In this document: positions 30,340 to 38,940 of the stretch, piece by piece
How positions within the stretch are numbered: position 1 is the stretch's first letter
How the letters are laid out: the number at the start of each line of letters is the position of its first letter
NCBI GenBank assembly: GCA_963806185.1
Contig: CAWDXE010000003.1
Span: 192,001-256,000, forward strand
Origin: an uncultured candidate division Zixibacteria bacterium
GTDB lineage: Bacteria > Zixibacteria > MSB-5A5 > GN15 > FEB-12
DNA length: 64,000 nucleotides
Direction of reading: 5' to 3'
Made by a program: the position numbers and the translations under genes
Notes under the pieces: model-generated
What the model was told of the DNA's origin: nothing
Database searches by the model: none
Seen by the model: the letters and a program-made list of their open reading frames with translations, nothing else

Positions 30340-33072
30340 TTATGGGACACAACCCGGCTGAGGTGCCTGCCCCTCGAGAAATAGATACAAAATGTAGTAG
30401 GTCAGGTCGCCAACATCTACCCAACAGCTCCCATCGACATCAGCCCTGGACGGATTTGAAAGCGGCTGGAAAGAAATGAAAAGATTGTCGATGAGAATGG
30501 TGAGATCACCAATATCCACGGTGCCACCCCCGTCTATATCACCATCGACAACGATCGTGCCGGTCTCGCCGAAGTAGACCAGAGCTCTCTGAACGAGGGC
30601 ATGTGCAGACGTCGGGGTGAGGTACCAAAGCGGGAAACTAAGAATTATCCGTTTGCCTTCGGGACCGCTGTAGGCCAAGCCGCACGGCTGACCCTCGAAG
30701 CCAGGCTCATCATTCGTTGAATTATAGGTGTAAATAACCGTCGCTCCGGCGACCGGAGTCAGCACTGGGATGTTGGCCATTTCGGTCGGCCCCCTGGTGA
30801 TATCCAGATCTACGGTTGGCCAGCCGTTCTGCCCAAAGGCACCGATCCAGTCGGGCCAGGCAAAAGTTGACCACGCACTGACCTTGAACGACTCGCGCAG
30901 GGGATGTCCGGCGGGAATAGTCTGATTCTCGTTCCATCCCCAGATAGTTCGAAAACCTGCGACAAGGGCATTGTTGTAATTAGCCAGGTACCAGGCCCAT
31001 TGAGGTTGATTGTTGCTCAGTAGCTTGGTCGAGTTGTCGTCGTCGACCCAGAAAACACTCGAGTAACGGGCGGCCAGATTCCGATTGAAGTGCTGTGTAG
31101 TTGAATCGAGCATCTGGATCGCATACGGTGTTTGATCGAAGAGGGTGTCGAACCAGGCTTCCTGCTTGGCCTGAGTCGGAAGGGTATAGTTTTCCTGGGT
31201 GAATTCATCGACCAGCATCACGCCGCCGTCGAACGTGGCACGATAGCACGATACAGCGCCGGAGAACACCGACTCGTAGCCGTCAAAGTCAACGGCCGTG
31301 ATAACATACTCATAGCCGATTTGCGCAAGGACGGTGGCATCGGCAAACGTAGGACTGGATAGCCCCGTTTCAAGCAGCACAAAGTCTCCCAATCCCTGGA
31401 CTCGACGATAAACGTTATATGAAACGACGTCGGCTTCCTGGTTCAAGTTCCAGTTCAGGGTAATGTCATTGGGATTCGGAGTGGCGACAAGCTGGGTGGG
31501 CGCCCGAGGCACAAGTAATGGAGTCTGCGATGCACCGACGGCGTAAATCGAGGGGTATCCGTCTGGCGGTTTCTCAACCACCTTGACGTAGTAGGTAACG
31601 CCAGTCGTCAATCCGCTGATCATATAGGTGCAGTGACCGGTGGGAACAGCCGCCGAATCGGTGTAATGGCTGGGCGAGGTGCCCCAATGCACAACGTAGT
31701 TGGATCCTGAGTTGCAGTCAGCCCACTGTACAAAGAGACTCTGCCCGTCACCAACATCAGTCAGATAGCTGATCGAGGTCGGCACGCCGGCATTGGCAAT
31801 GCGCGCAACGGAGGCCACGGCCATTCTCGCGACTTCGGTGTAGAACGGGAAATTCAGCCGGGATGACAGATCAAGATTAGTATGCCAGCCATCAGTATTA
31901 AATTCGGTTTCAATGTTATCGACCACCGGGTACCCTTGAACATGAAATGAATAATGATCAGAGCTGCTGCCGAGTGAAGATCCAATAACCGGTGAGTATT
32001 CGGCAACCTGTTCGGCTACAGAGACAGCAACATCCCGGTACGCCTGATTGGGGCCACTCGTCATAGTCAGACCCCAGAACGTGCCGGGCGCGTAGGCAAC
32101 CATGTCGAAATTGAGCATGACTTCGAGTTTCGTGTTGTTGGCCTTAAAGTCGGCGGCCGCAGCTTCCGAACCGACCAGGCCTACTTCTTCGGCCGTAAAC
32201 GGCATGAAGATGACCGTCTTACGCAGCGGAACATCTTTCAGTACGCGAGCCACTTCCATGACGAGAGCGGTGCCGGAGGCATCGTCGTCGGCTCCCGGCG
32301 CGTACAGACTTCCTGAGGACTGCTGGTTGTAGGAGTCGTAGTGACCGCCTATGACAATCACTTGATCCGGCTCGGCGTATCCGAGTTTCACGACTTTGAC
32401 ATTGTAATGATAGCCACCGCCATAGTACACCTGGGGTGTGGTAACGTCGGTGTACCCCCATCCCTGGAATTTGGAGACCATCCAGTTGCGGGCACGAATG
32501 ATCGAGTCTCTCCAGATATACCGGGTGTAGAAGGCTTCCAACCGTTGATCCAGTGCTCTCAGCGAATCCATATTGATGAGTTCAGAAAGGGAATCGGTGG
32601 GATACGGACCTAAGGGAATCGCCGTGGGAATCGCGGGTGGCTCATACGCGATAGGGATACTAAGATCGCTCAAGAGACGCCAACGTGCCCCGAGACGCGA
32701 TTCGATCAACGCGGCCGAGGCCGTAGTAACCGGAGCAACCATCAGACCACTCCCGATGTCTACCGATCCGGCAACGCCGGTCTGAATCATTCGTCGAGCA
32801 TCCTGCCCCCGATCCGGATAGATGAGAGCGGTAGCGTCCGGAGTGCAGTCAGGCAGAATGATCTGGTAATCAATCCCGGCCTGAGTAAGTGGAGCCCGGT
32901 TCTCCGGCTCGATCACAACGACAAATCGATCGCCGGATCGCGTGAACGCGTGACCCAGCGTAGCTGTCGCGACTTCAGCCTGGGTCCGATCATTGATTGA
33001 GATTACGGCAAGGTCGCCTGCCGACACGGCTCCCGAACAGAGCAAGAGCAGCAATAATACTGTGCGCTTCAT
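30340..33072 (-). CDS. Secreted M28 family zinc peptidase with FN3 domains and a C-terminal dockerin-like module
   Basis: IGGHYDS, PGADDDASG, AEEVGLVGS, LNFDM, SSDHYSF, WHT; two FN3 repeats; GDIDGGGTVDIGDL / ADVDGSCWVDVGDL. Confidence 0.9.
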   Translation of the reverse strand: MKRTVLLLLLLCSGAVSAGDLAVISINDRTQAEVATATLGHAFTRSGDRFVVVIEPENRAPLTQAGIDYQIILPDCTPDATALIYPDRGQDARRMIQTGVAGSVDIGSGLMVAPVTTASAALIESRLGARWRLLSDLSIPIAYEPPAIPTAIPLGPYPTDSLSELINMDSLRALDQRLEAFYTRYIWRDSIIRARNWMVSKFQGWGYTDVTTPQVYYGGGYHYNVKVVKLGYAEPDQVIVIGGHYDSYNQQSSGSLYAPGADDDASGTALVMEVARVLKDVPLRKTVIFMPFTAEEVGLVGSEAAAADFKANNTKLEVMLNFDMVAYAPGTFWGLTMTSGPNQAYRDVAVSVAEQVAEYSPVIGSSLGSSSDHYSFHVQGYPVVDNIETEFNTDGWHTNLDLSSRLNFPFYTEVARMAVASVARIANAGVPTSISYLTDVGDGQSLFVQWADCNSGSNYVVHWGTSPSHYTDSAAVPTGHCTYMISGLTTGVTYYVKVVEKPPDGYPSIYAVGASQTPLLVPRAPTQLVATPNPNDITLNWNLNQEADVVSYNVYRRVQGLGDFVLLETGLSSPTFADATVLAQIGYEYVITAVDFDGYESVFSGAVSCYRATFDGGVMLVDEFTQENYTLPTQAKQEAWFDTLFDQTPYAIQMLDSTTQHFNRNLAARYSSVFWVDDDNSTKLLSNNQPQWAWYLANYNNALVAGFRTIWGWNENQTIPAGHPLRESFKVSAWSTFAWPDWIGAFGQNGWPTVDLDITRGPTEMANIPVLTPVAGATVIYTYNSTNDEPGFEGQPCGLAYSGPEGKRIILSFPLWYLTPTSAHALVQRALVYFGETGTIVVDGDIDGGGTVDIGDLTILIDNLFISFQPLSNPSRADVDGSCWVDVGDLTYYILYLFLEGQAPQPGCVP

Positions 33073-33228
33073 AAAGAGACTCCTGGTTCCCCGTCTTCTG
33101 TGACTGATGTATAGACGTAGCGAACGAGTCCGCTATGTAATAATATAGCAGTCCTGGGCAAATCTGAGCGGGAAATTGTGTCACCGAAGCCGGAATTCGT
33201 CAGCGATCTGATTTGCGGTTGATCCAGG

Positions 33229-33771
33229 CTAGAGAATGACGCCCTTCTGCAAGGGCTTGAAGACGAATTTGGTACTAGAAGTCCAGTCGCCGCTGACGCT
33301 GATCTTCCGTCCAACAGGAAGGGACGGGCAGTTGGCGGCCGGAATGAAGGCACGGTTGAGGTGACGTTCGACGAAGGCGATCTCAATCTTGCGCTTTCTC
33401 CGGTGTTCCGCGAGAAGCTTTTCGCGTTCGGAACCGGGGGCTATGTGTCGTGTCGGGCCCGTGATGGCGTAGAGTATCTCGGCGCATGACGTGAGAAGTT
33501 GGACGGTGTCTATTTTTTCGCCGGCCAAAGAGGAATCGATGAATCTAAGCGCGGCCAGGCAGGCGCCGAATTCGAGATCGAGCGGCTCGCCGGCAGCGCG
33601 GCACTTGAACAACACTCCGTAGGTGGGGATGGCAAACAAGATCATACCGCTACTAAACCCCCGTTCTTCCAGCCACGGATCGAGCGGGAGGCGTGAGATG
33701 GAGCCAAGGTAGCAGCGAACGGGCGGTAAGGGGACTTTCATCTCAACCCTTGGCGCAAGTGAGGTGCCCAA
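33229..33771 (-). CDS. Hypothetical protein, probable degenerate RNase H-like fold
   Basis: LEFGACLAAL...VQLLTSCAEILYAITG...FVERHLNRA parallels RNase HI motifs without the catalytic Asp residues. Confidence 0.5.
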   Translation of the reverse strand: MGTSLAPRVEMKVPLPPVRCYLGSISRLPLDPWLEERGFSSGMILFAIPTYGVLFKCRAAGEPLDLEFGACLAALRFIDSSLAGEKIDTVQLLTSCAEILYAITGPTRHIAPGSEREKLLAEHRRKRKIEIAFVERHLNRAFIPAANCPSLPVGRKISVSGDWTSSTKFVFKPLQKGVIL

Positions 33772-33869
33772 ACCGACACGATTGCCGTGATAACGTCAAG
33801 ACGCTGTCAGTAATTCAGTTAAGTCGGAATCAGTGAATCGGTGATGAACCGGTCTGAACGCTTCTGCAA

Positions 33870-34301
33870 CTAATCTACAGAGCCCTTCAACACGACGGCC
33901 AGATCGGCCCGGGCGGCAAGATATTTTCCAGTGGCGGTCGCCAACACTGTACCGTCCTCCAGCACTGCCTCCCCTGCCGTTTGCCAGTACCGTCCGCGGT
34001 GGCTGGTGATCCAGCCGCGGAAGATCAATCGTTGACCCATCGGTGCGGGTCGCTGGTACTTGACGGTCAGCTCGGCGGTGACGACGTACACGTCGCTCGC
34101 CATTATTGCCTTGATCATCACTTCGTCGAGCAGCGACGAAGTAACCCCACCGTGCAGAATCCCGCGCCAGCCTTCGAATTGGGCAGACGGAGAGATTTCG
34201 CAGATTGCGCGCCCGCCGTCATACAAAAAACGAGCTTGCAGACCGAAGCGGTTGTCCTGGCCGCACACGAAGCAGCCGCGATAGCTGGGCAATTCTCTCA
34301 T
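33870..34301 (-). CDS. PaaI family hotdog thioesterase
   Basis: CFVCGQDN..GL, ILHGGVTSSLLDE, TAELTVKY..P. Confidence 0.9.
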   Translation of the reverse strand: MRELPSYRGCFVCGQDNRFGLQARFLYDGGRAICEISPSAQFEGWRGILHGGVTSSLLDEVMIKAIMASDVYVVTAELTVKYQRPAPMGQRLIFRGWITSHRGRYWQTAGEAVLEDGTVLATATGKYLAARADLAVVLKGSVD

Positions 34302-34345
34302 ACCTCCGCAAAAGTATACGAGAATTGACGACTCTTTTCGAGGAT

Positions 34346-34373
34346 AAAAAAAACGGCCCGCTCACCGGGCCGT
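34346..34373 (-). terminator. Terminator after the lipoprotein gene
   Basis: ACGGCCCG/CGGGCCGT stem with an 8-T tract on the - strand. Confidence 0.75.
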
Positions 34374-34396
34374 CATGCCTTGCTTCAAGTCAGGAA

Positions 34397-35218
34397 TTAC
34401 ATCTGACAAATCGACTTTTTGTATGACGCTGTTTCATCCCCTTGGGTGGCGGTCACTTGGGCGACGCCGTTGTCAAAGTCGGCTTCGAATTCCCAGCCGG
34501 TCTCGGTTGCGGCACCGTCATTGACGATGTGGCTCAATGCAACAGCCATGGAGATCGTACCGCTGACAGGGCAACCTTCAGACCAGCCGGCTGAACGGCT
34601 GATAGTCACGTCGGTCAATGTCCCGGTAACAACATAGTCGCGAACGATCACGTCGGAGCCGGATACAACCTGCGCCGTAAGGGTCAGGGAGTAGGTACCG
34701 TTGACCACGGCGGCGTCACCATCGAGGCCGGTGATGACGAGATCGGTGCCGCTCTCGATGTTGCGATAGCTGTCCGAGGTGTTTTCGTTCGAAGAAGTGA
34801 ACGTGTGATGAAGAGTGATCGTGTTGGCGTTTTGCGCCTCAACTTGCGCTACTCCATCGTGCGAGTACTGGACCGAATCGATAATCGTGGTGCTGACGCC
34901 CGCGGAGATGTTGGACCCGTAGAGCACGTGCCAGGTATTCTGGCTCACCAGCGAATCGACGAAGGACGGGTTCAGCAGAATGTCATCAAGATTACCGACG
35001 CCGCCGGTATTGATGTCGGAGGCAAGCTCGATCCCCTTCTGAATGACCGAAACGGTCGTATCCAGAGACGTACTCACCTCAGCCTTGACGACCGGGTACT
35101 GTGTACTGGTGATCCCCGGATCGGATGGCGTAGTCGGAGAGTCATCAGAACAGCCGACCAGGCCGAGAGTTACGAGGGCGATCAGGCCCACGACCAACAT
35201 TGTTGCACGGAAACGCAT
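34397..35218 (-). CDS. Lipoprotein of unknown function (acidic, beta-rich)
   Basis: Lipobox LVGC; GCPVSG motif and C-terminal Cys. Confidence 0.75.
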   Translation of the reverse strand: MRFRATMLVVGLIALVTLGLVGCSDDSPTTPSDPGITSTQYPVVKAEVSTSLDTTVSVIQKGIELASDINTGGVGNLDDILLNPSFVDSLVSQNTWHVLYGSNISAGVSTTIIDSVQYSHDGVAQVEAQNANTITLHHTFTSSNENTSDSYRNIESGTDLVITGLDGDAAVVNGTYSLTLTAQVVSGSDVIVRDYVVTGTLTDVTISRSAGWSEGCPVSGTISMAVALSHIVNDGAATETGWEFEADFDNGVAQVTATQGDETASYKKSICQM

Positions 35219-35277
35219 GTGCGACCCCTTTCGCGAATTTGGGCATCCGCCTCCAGGGCCGTCGCCAACGTCTCGCC

Positions 35278-36180
35278 TCAGCGCAACAGGTAGGCCATAA
35301 TCGCTTTCTGGATATGGAGCCTGTTTTCTGCCTGATCGAAGACTACCGATTTCGGTCCATCCATCACTTCGTCAGTGATTTCCTTGCCGCGCTCGGCTGG
35401 CAGGCAGTGCAAGACGATAACGTTCGGGTCCGCCCCAGTTAACAGAGCCGAATTAATTTGAAATTTCCTTAGCTTCTGTTCCTTCTCCTCCGCCAGATGT
35501 TTCTGCCCCATTGAGGCCCAAACATCGGTATAGACTACATCGGCACCCTTCACTGCTTCTTTAGGGTCGGAGGTGATTAGCAACTTGCTCTGGGGATTGC
35601 GCTTGGCTTTCTCGATAAGTCTCGGTTCGGGCAAAGTGTCTTCGGCAGTACCGAGACGGAAATCTATGGGAATCAACGACGCCAGATTGAGCCAGCTATT
35701 GACGATATTGTTGCCGTCACCCAGATAGGCGACTTTGAAGACTTTTCCCGGTCCCTTTTTCTCCAGAATCGTGAAGTAGTCGCCGAGTATCTGGCAGGGG
35801 TGTTCGAGATCGGTAAGGCCGTTGATTACCGGGACGCTGGCCCATTTGGCGAGGCCATCGACGTCGGACTGCTTGTAGGTGCGGATCATGATCATGCCGA
35901 CATAGCGCGAGAGGACGCGGGCGGCGTCGGCGACGCTCTCTCGTTCGCCCAGCTTGATTTCTTTGTCGGTGATGTAGATCGGGCTGCCGCCGAGTTCGGA
36001 GATACCCACCTCGAAAGAGACACGCGTGCGCAGAGACTCTTTGGTGAAAATGCAGGCGACGGTTTTGCCGGCCAGCGGTTTGGGAGCGATTTCCTTCTGT
36101 TTCATTTTGCGACAGAGTTCGAACACTTCCATGGTCTCAGTCGCGTTAAACGAGTCGATAGTAGTAAATGAGCGGGGCAT
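35278..36180 (-). CDS. argF: Ornithine carbamoyltransferase
   Basis: FTKESLRT, NGLTDLEHPCQ, GDGNN, YTDVWASMG, HCLPAERG, QAENRLH. Confidence 0.92.
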   Translation of the reverse strand: MPRSFTTIDSFNATETMEVFELCRKMKQKEIAPKPLAGKTVACIFTKESLRTRVSFEVGISELGGSPIYITDKEIKLGERESVADAARVLSRYVGMIMIRTYKQSDVDGLAKWASVPVINGLTDLEHPCQILGDYFTILEKKGPGKVFKVAYLGDGNNIVNSWLNLASLIPIDFRLGTAEDTLPEPRLIEKAKRNPQSKLLITSDPKEAVKGADVVYTDVWASMGQKHLAEEKEQKLRKFQINSALLTGADPNVIVLHCLPAERGKEITDEVMDGPKSVVFDQAENRLHIQKAIMAYLLR

Positions 36181-36346
36181 AGGCACTCCTAATGGCTCGA
36201 TGGTTCGTTAGAATTTTGCGGGGAATAAATCGAGTGGGGCAGGCAAAGTCAAGCCGGGGGTATTGCCCCTTGACGGAGCCGATTCGGCTGTGTATTTTGG
36301 AGAATCATCGCTAAGCCTGGCAACTATTTGGGGGCGAGTCTCCTCA

Positions 36347-37690
36347 GTGACCAAGTCGATAATTCGTTTCAGCACGCAGGCGGCAGCTCTCTGGCTGCTT
36401 CTGGCTTCATTGTCGGTTCAAGCCGAAGAGACTACCAACGATTCCACTCACACAAAGGTGAAGATTTCAGGGCAGGTGCGATTTCGGTGGTTTTTGGAGG
36501 ACCGGCACCCTGCCCCTCGCACCGAGACCAACAACTTCGGGGATCTCCGTGCTCGCATCAATTTCGAAGCCCGTATAAATCCATGGGTGAAGACGGTCGT
36601 GCAGTTACAGAGCAGTCGAGTGATGGGGGAGGTCAATCGAGATTCAGTCTTTTCCGGAAACAGCGCGACGATCTATGCCCACGAGACTTCGGGCAGTCTT
36701 AACGACTCGAGAGAGGTCTCGGCTCACTTGGCATACATACAGATTGACCGGCTATTTACCCATGGCTTGAGTCTGAAGGCGGGGCGGTTTGACTTTTCTA
36801 TAGGCGACGGTCGGCTCTACGGCCCAGCCGAGTGGGATTTGGTTGGCCGAGCGTTCGACGGCGTTATTCTCTCTGAATCATTCTGCAAGATGAGGCTGGA
36901 CCAAATTGCGCTGAAGATTCGGGATAACCGCACATTTGCCGGAGAGTCCATCTACGGGTTACGTGCGCTGGTCCCCACCCCTGATCTTGAGGCGTTTATT
37001 ATGTATGAGAACGACCGGAGTCCTGTCCGGGTTGGTCATGAAACATTCAAAGATGAGTTCCACCGCACGAGTACGGGGTTCTACCATATTTCGGGGAGTC
37101 GTAATCTGGATTGGAAGACGCAGGTGATATATCAATGGGGACAGTATCACGGTCCTCGTCACATTGACGCAACTTTGGTTTCGGGTGAAATCGGACTGAC
37201 AACAACCTGGGTGCGGAAAATTCGCACAGCCGCCGGGTTCGACTGGACGACAGGACTTACCGATCCTGACCGTGTCCAGGAGTCGGTACGCTATTTTTCC
37301 GATCCCTACAAGAGCTACGAGAGTTCTCGCGGCGGATTCCATCTCTTTACGGGCATACAGCTATGGGGAATCTCCGACGTCTATCTTTCTTCCTCAATAC
37401 GCATCGATGACAAGCAGGAATTGACCATCGATGCTCACCAATTCCAGACTTCTCATCCTCGGTATGTCCAATTCACTTCCTATGTCGACGGTCACCCGAC
37501 CGGCATTGTACGGCTCGGTCCGTCGAAGAATCTGGGAACCGAACTGGACCTGGAATACCTCTGCAAATACGTGGCAAATACTCGAATCCAGATTAGTGCT
37601 TCTGTCTTCTTCCCGAGCATTTACTACGCTGCGATGTTCGACCCCTCTCCAATCTTTCGCGCGTATGGCACGCTCACGGTTGATTTCTGA
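36347..37690 (+). CDS. Alginate-export family outer-membrane beta-barrel
   Basis: Signal peptide from GTG 36347; GQVRFR, AYIQI, KAGR....GDGRL...WDLVGRAFDG, LGTELDL; terminal F. Confidence 0.8.
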   Translation: MTKSIIRFSTQAAALWLLLASLSVQAEETTNDSTHTKVKISGQVRFRWFLEDRHPAPRTETNNFGDLRARINFEARINPWVKTVVQLQSSRVMGEVNRDSVFSGNSATIYAHETSGSLNDSREVSAHLAYIQIDRLFTHGLSLKAGRFDFSIGDGRLYGPAEWDLVGRAFDGVILSESFCKMRLDQIALKIRDNRTFAGESIYGLRALVPTPDLEAFIMYENDRSPVRVGHETFKDEFHRTSTGFYHISGSRNLDWKTQVIYQWGQYHGPRHIDATLVSGEIGLTTTWVRKIRTAAGFDWTTGLTDPDRVQESVRYFSDPYKSYESSRGGFHLFTGIQLWGISDVYLSSSIRIDDKQELTIDAHQFQTSHPRYVQFTSYVDGHPTGIVRLGPSKNLGTELDLEYLCKYVANTRIQISASVFFPSIYYAAMFDPSPIFRAYGTLTVDF

Positions 37691-37787
37691 TCTGGTTTTG
37701 CACGGGTAAGTTGTTTGACCCCAACAAAATCCCTTGCCGATTGGAACTTGCTCCCTCATATTACGTACCGATGAGCAGGTGGCATAT

Positions 37788-38534
37788 ATGAGCAACGGGA
37801 AAATCCTCTTCGGCGTAGCGTTGGTTGTCCTGGGCGTGATTCTCATGCTCGGGACCTTGGACATCATCGATGTCAGCGTCGAATACCTGCTCACCTTCTT
37901 CTGGCCGGTGGCACTCATTATCCTGGGGGCTTGGCTGATCATCCGACGGCAAAATCGCAATGCGAGCGCGCAGGCTGAGATTCACATTAACGTAAACGAT
38001 AATTTTATCCCCCCCGAACCGCCGCCACCTCCGCCGAGCTCCGGCTTCACGGCCACCAAGATCATCTCTTCCGACGGCACGGTAACAAAATCATTCTCTT
38101 CGTTTGGCGATGCGGGGCCCGAGTACCAATCGCGACAGCAGACACACGGTCAACCGGGTAACGGAAAGGTCAAGTACAACAAGTTTGTCGGTGACATGTT
38201 TATTGATCTGCGCAATGTCGATCTGCACAATGTTGAGATTTCCGGATTCCTCGGCGACACGGAAGTCAAACTGCATGGGGCTAAACTGGGGCCGGGGTTG
38301 AATCGCTTGATCATTTCCGGCTTCATCGGCGACGTACGCGTGCTGGTACCGCCCGACCTTCCCGTACTGGCACATTGCTCAAGTTTTATCGGCGATCTTG
38401 ATCTGCTGGGGAGAAGATCATCCGGGCTCGGGAACACGATCGAAGCACAGTCGGACAGTTACGCGACGTCGTCATCGAAGCTGTATATCGCGACGAACAA
38501 TTTCATCGGCGACGTGCGGATTTACTCGGTGTAG
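37788..38534 (+). CDS. LiaF-related cell-envelope stress membrane protein
   Basis: Two N-terminal TM segments with FWPVALIILG; repeated F(I/L/V)GD motifs of the LiaF C-terminal domain. Confidence 0.8.
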   Translation: MSNGKILFGVALVVLGVILMLGTLDIIDVSVEYLLTFFWPVALIILGAWLIIRRQNRNASAQAEIHINVNDNFIPPEPPPPPPSSGFTATKIISSDGTVTKSFSSFGDAGPEYQSRQQTHGQPGNGKVKYNKFVGDMFIDLRNVDLHNVEISGFLGDTEVKLHGAKLGPGLNRLIISGFIGDVRVLVPPDLPVLAHCSSFIGDLDLLGRRSSGLGNTIEAQSDSYATSSSKLYIATNNFIGDVRIYSV

Positions 38535-38560
38535 ATCACTCTTTCAATTCAACTCGCTTC

Positions 38561-38815
38561 TGTCATACCAGACCCGCAGTTTGTCATTCTGGAGCGAAGC
38601 TCCAGAATCTCGGACTTCAAGAGTCTTACGTCATTGTCATTCCGGACCTTCCACATTGTCATTTTGAGCCGCTGGCTCAGAAACATTGTCATTCCGGACC
38701 CGAGGTCCGGAATCTGTAGGGCATGGTGCAGATAGTGCTAATCCCTACGCTGGATTCCCGCGTTCGCGGGAATGACATGAGGGGGCGGGAATGACATGAG
38801 AGAGCGGGAATGACA
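38561..38815. repeat. Cluster of REP-like palindromic repeats (TGTCATT... / ...GGGAATGACA)
   Basis: Five TGTCAT-headed units on +, ATTCCC-N8-GGGAAT, three GCGGGAATGACA copies, and a nested GTAGGG...CCCTAC. Confidence 0.8.
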
Positions 38816-38893
38816 AGAGGGAAACGGGAAGGACAAAGGGGGTGCGAGAGATTGGCGAGGCACTGGTAGCTGTGGAGAGTATGCCCCGTCCAC

Positions 38894-38922
38894 AAAAAAA
38901 CCCGCCTGACGGCGGGCTCTTT
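38894..38922. terminator. Terminator downstream of the sigma54 activator gene, possibly bidirectional
   Basis: AAAAAAA-CCCGCC-TGAC-GGCGGG-CTCTTT. Confidence 0.75.
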
Positions 38923-38940
38923 GTCCCCAGTGGTATTCGG

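Noticed and set aside
38561..38830. CRISPR array, or the short ORFs 38689..38963 as genes
   Set aside because: Repeats vary in sequence, spacing and orientation, with no cas genes; the ORFs are translations of the palindromes
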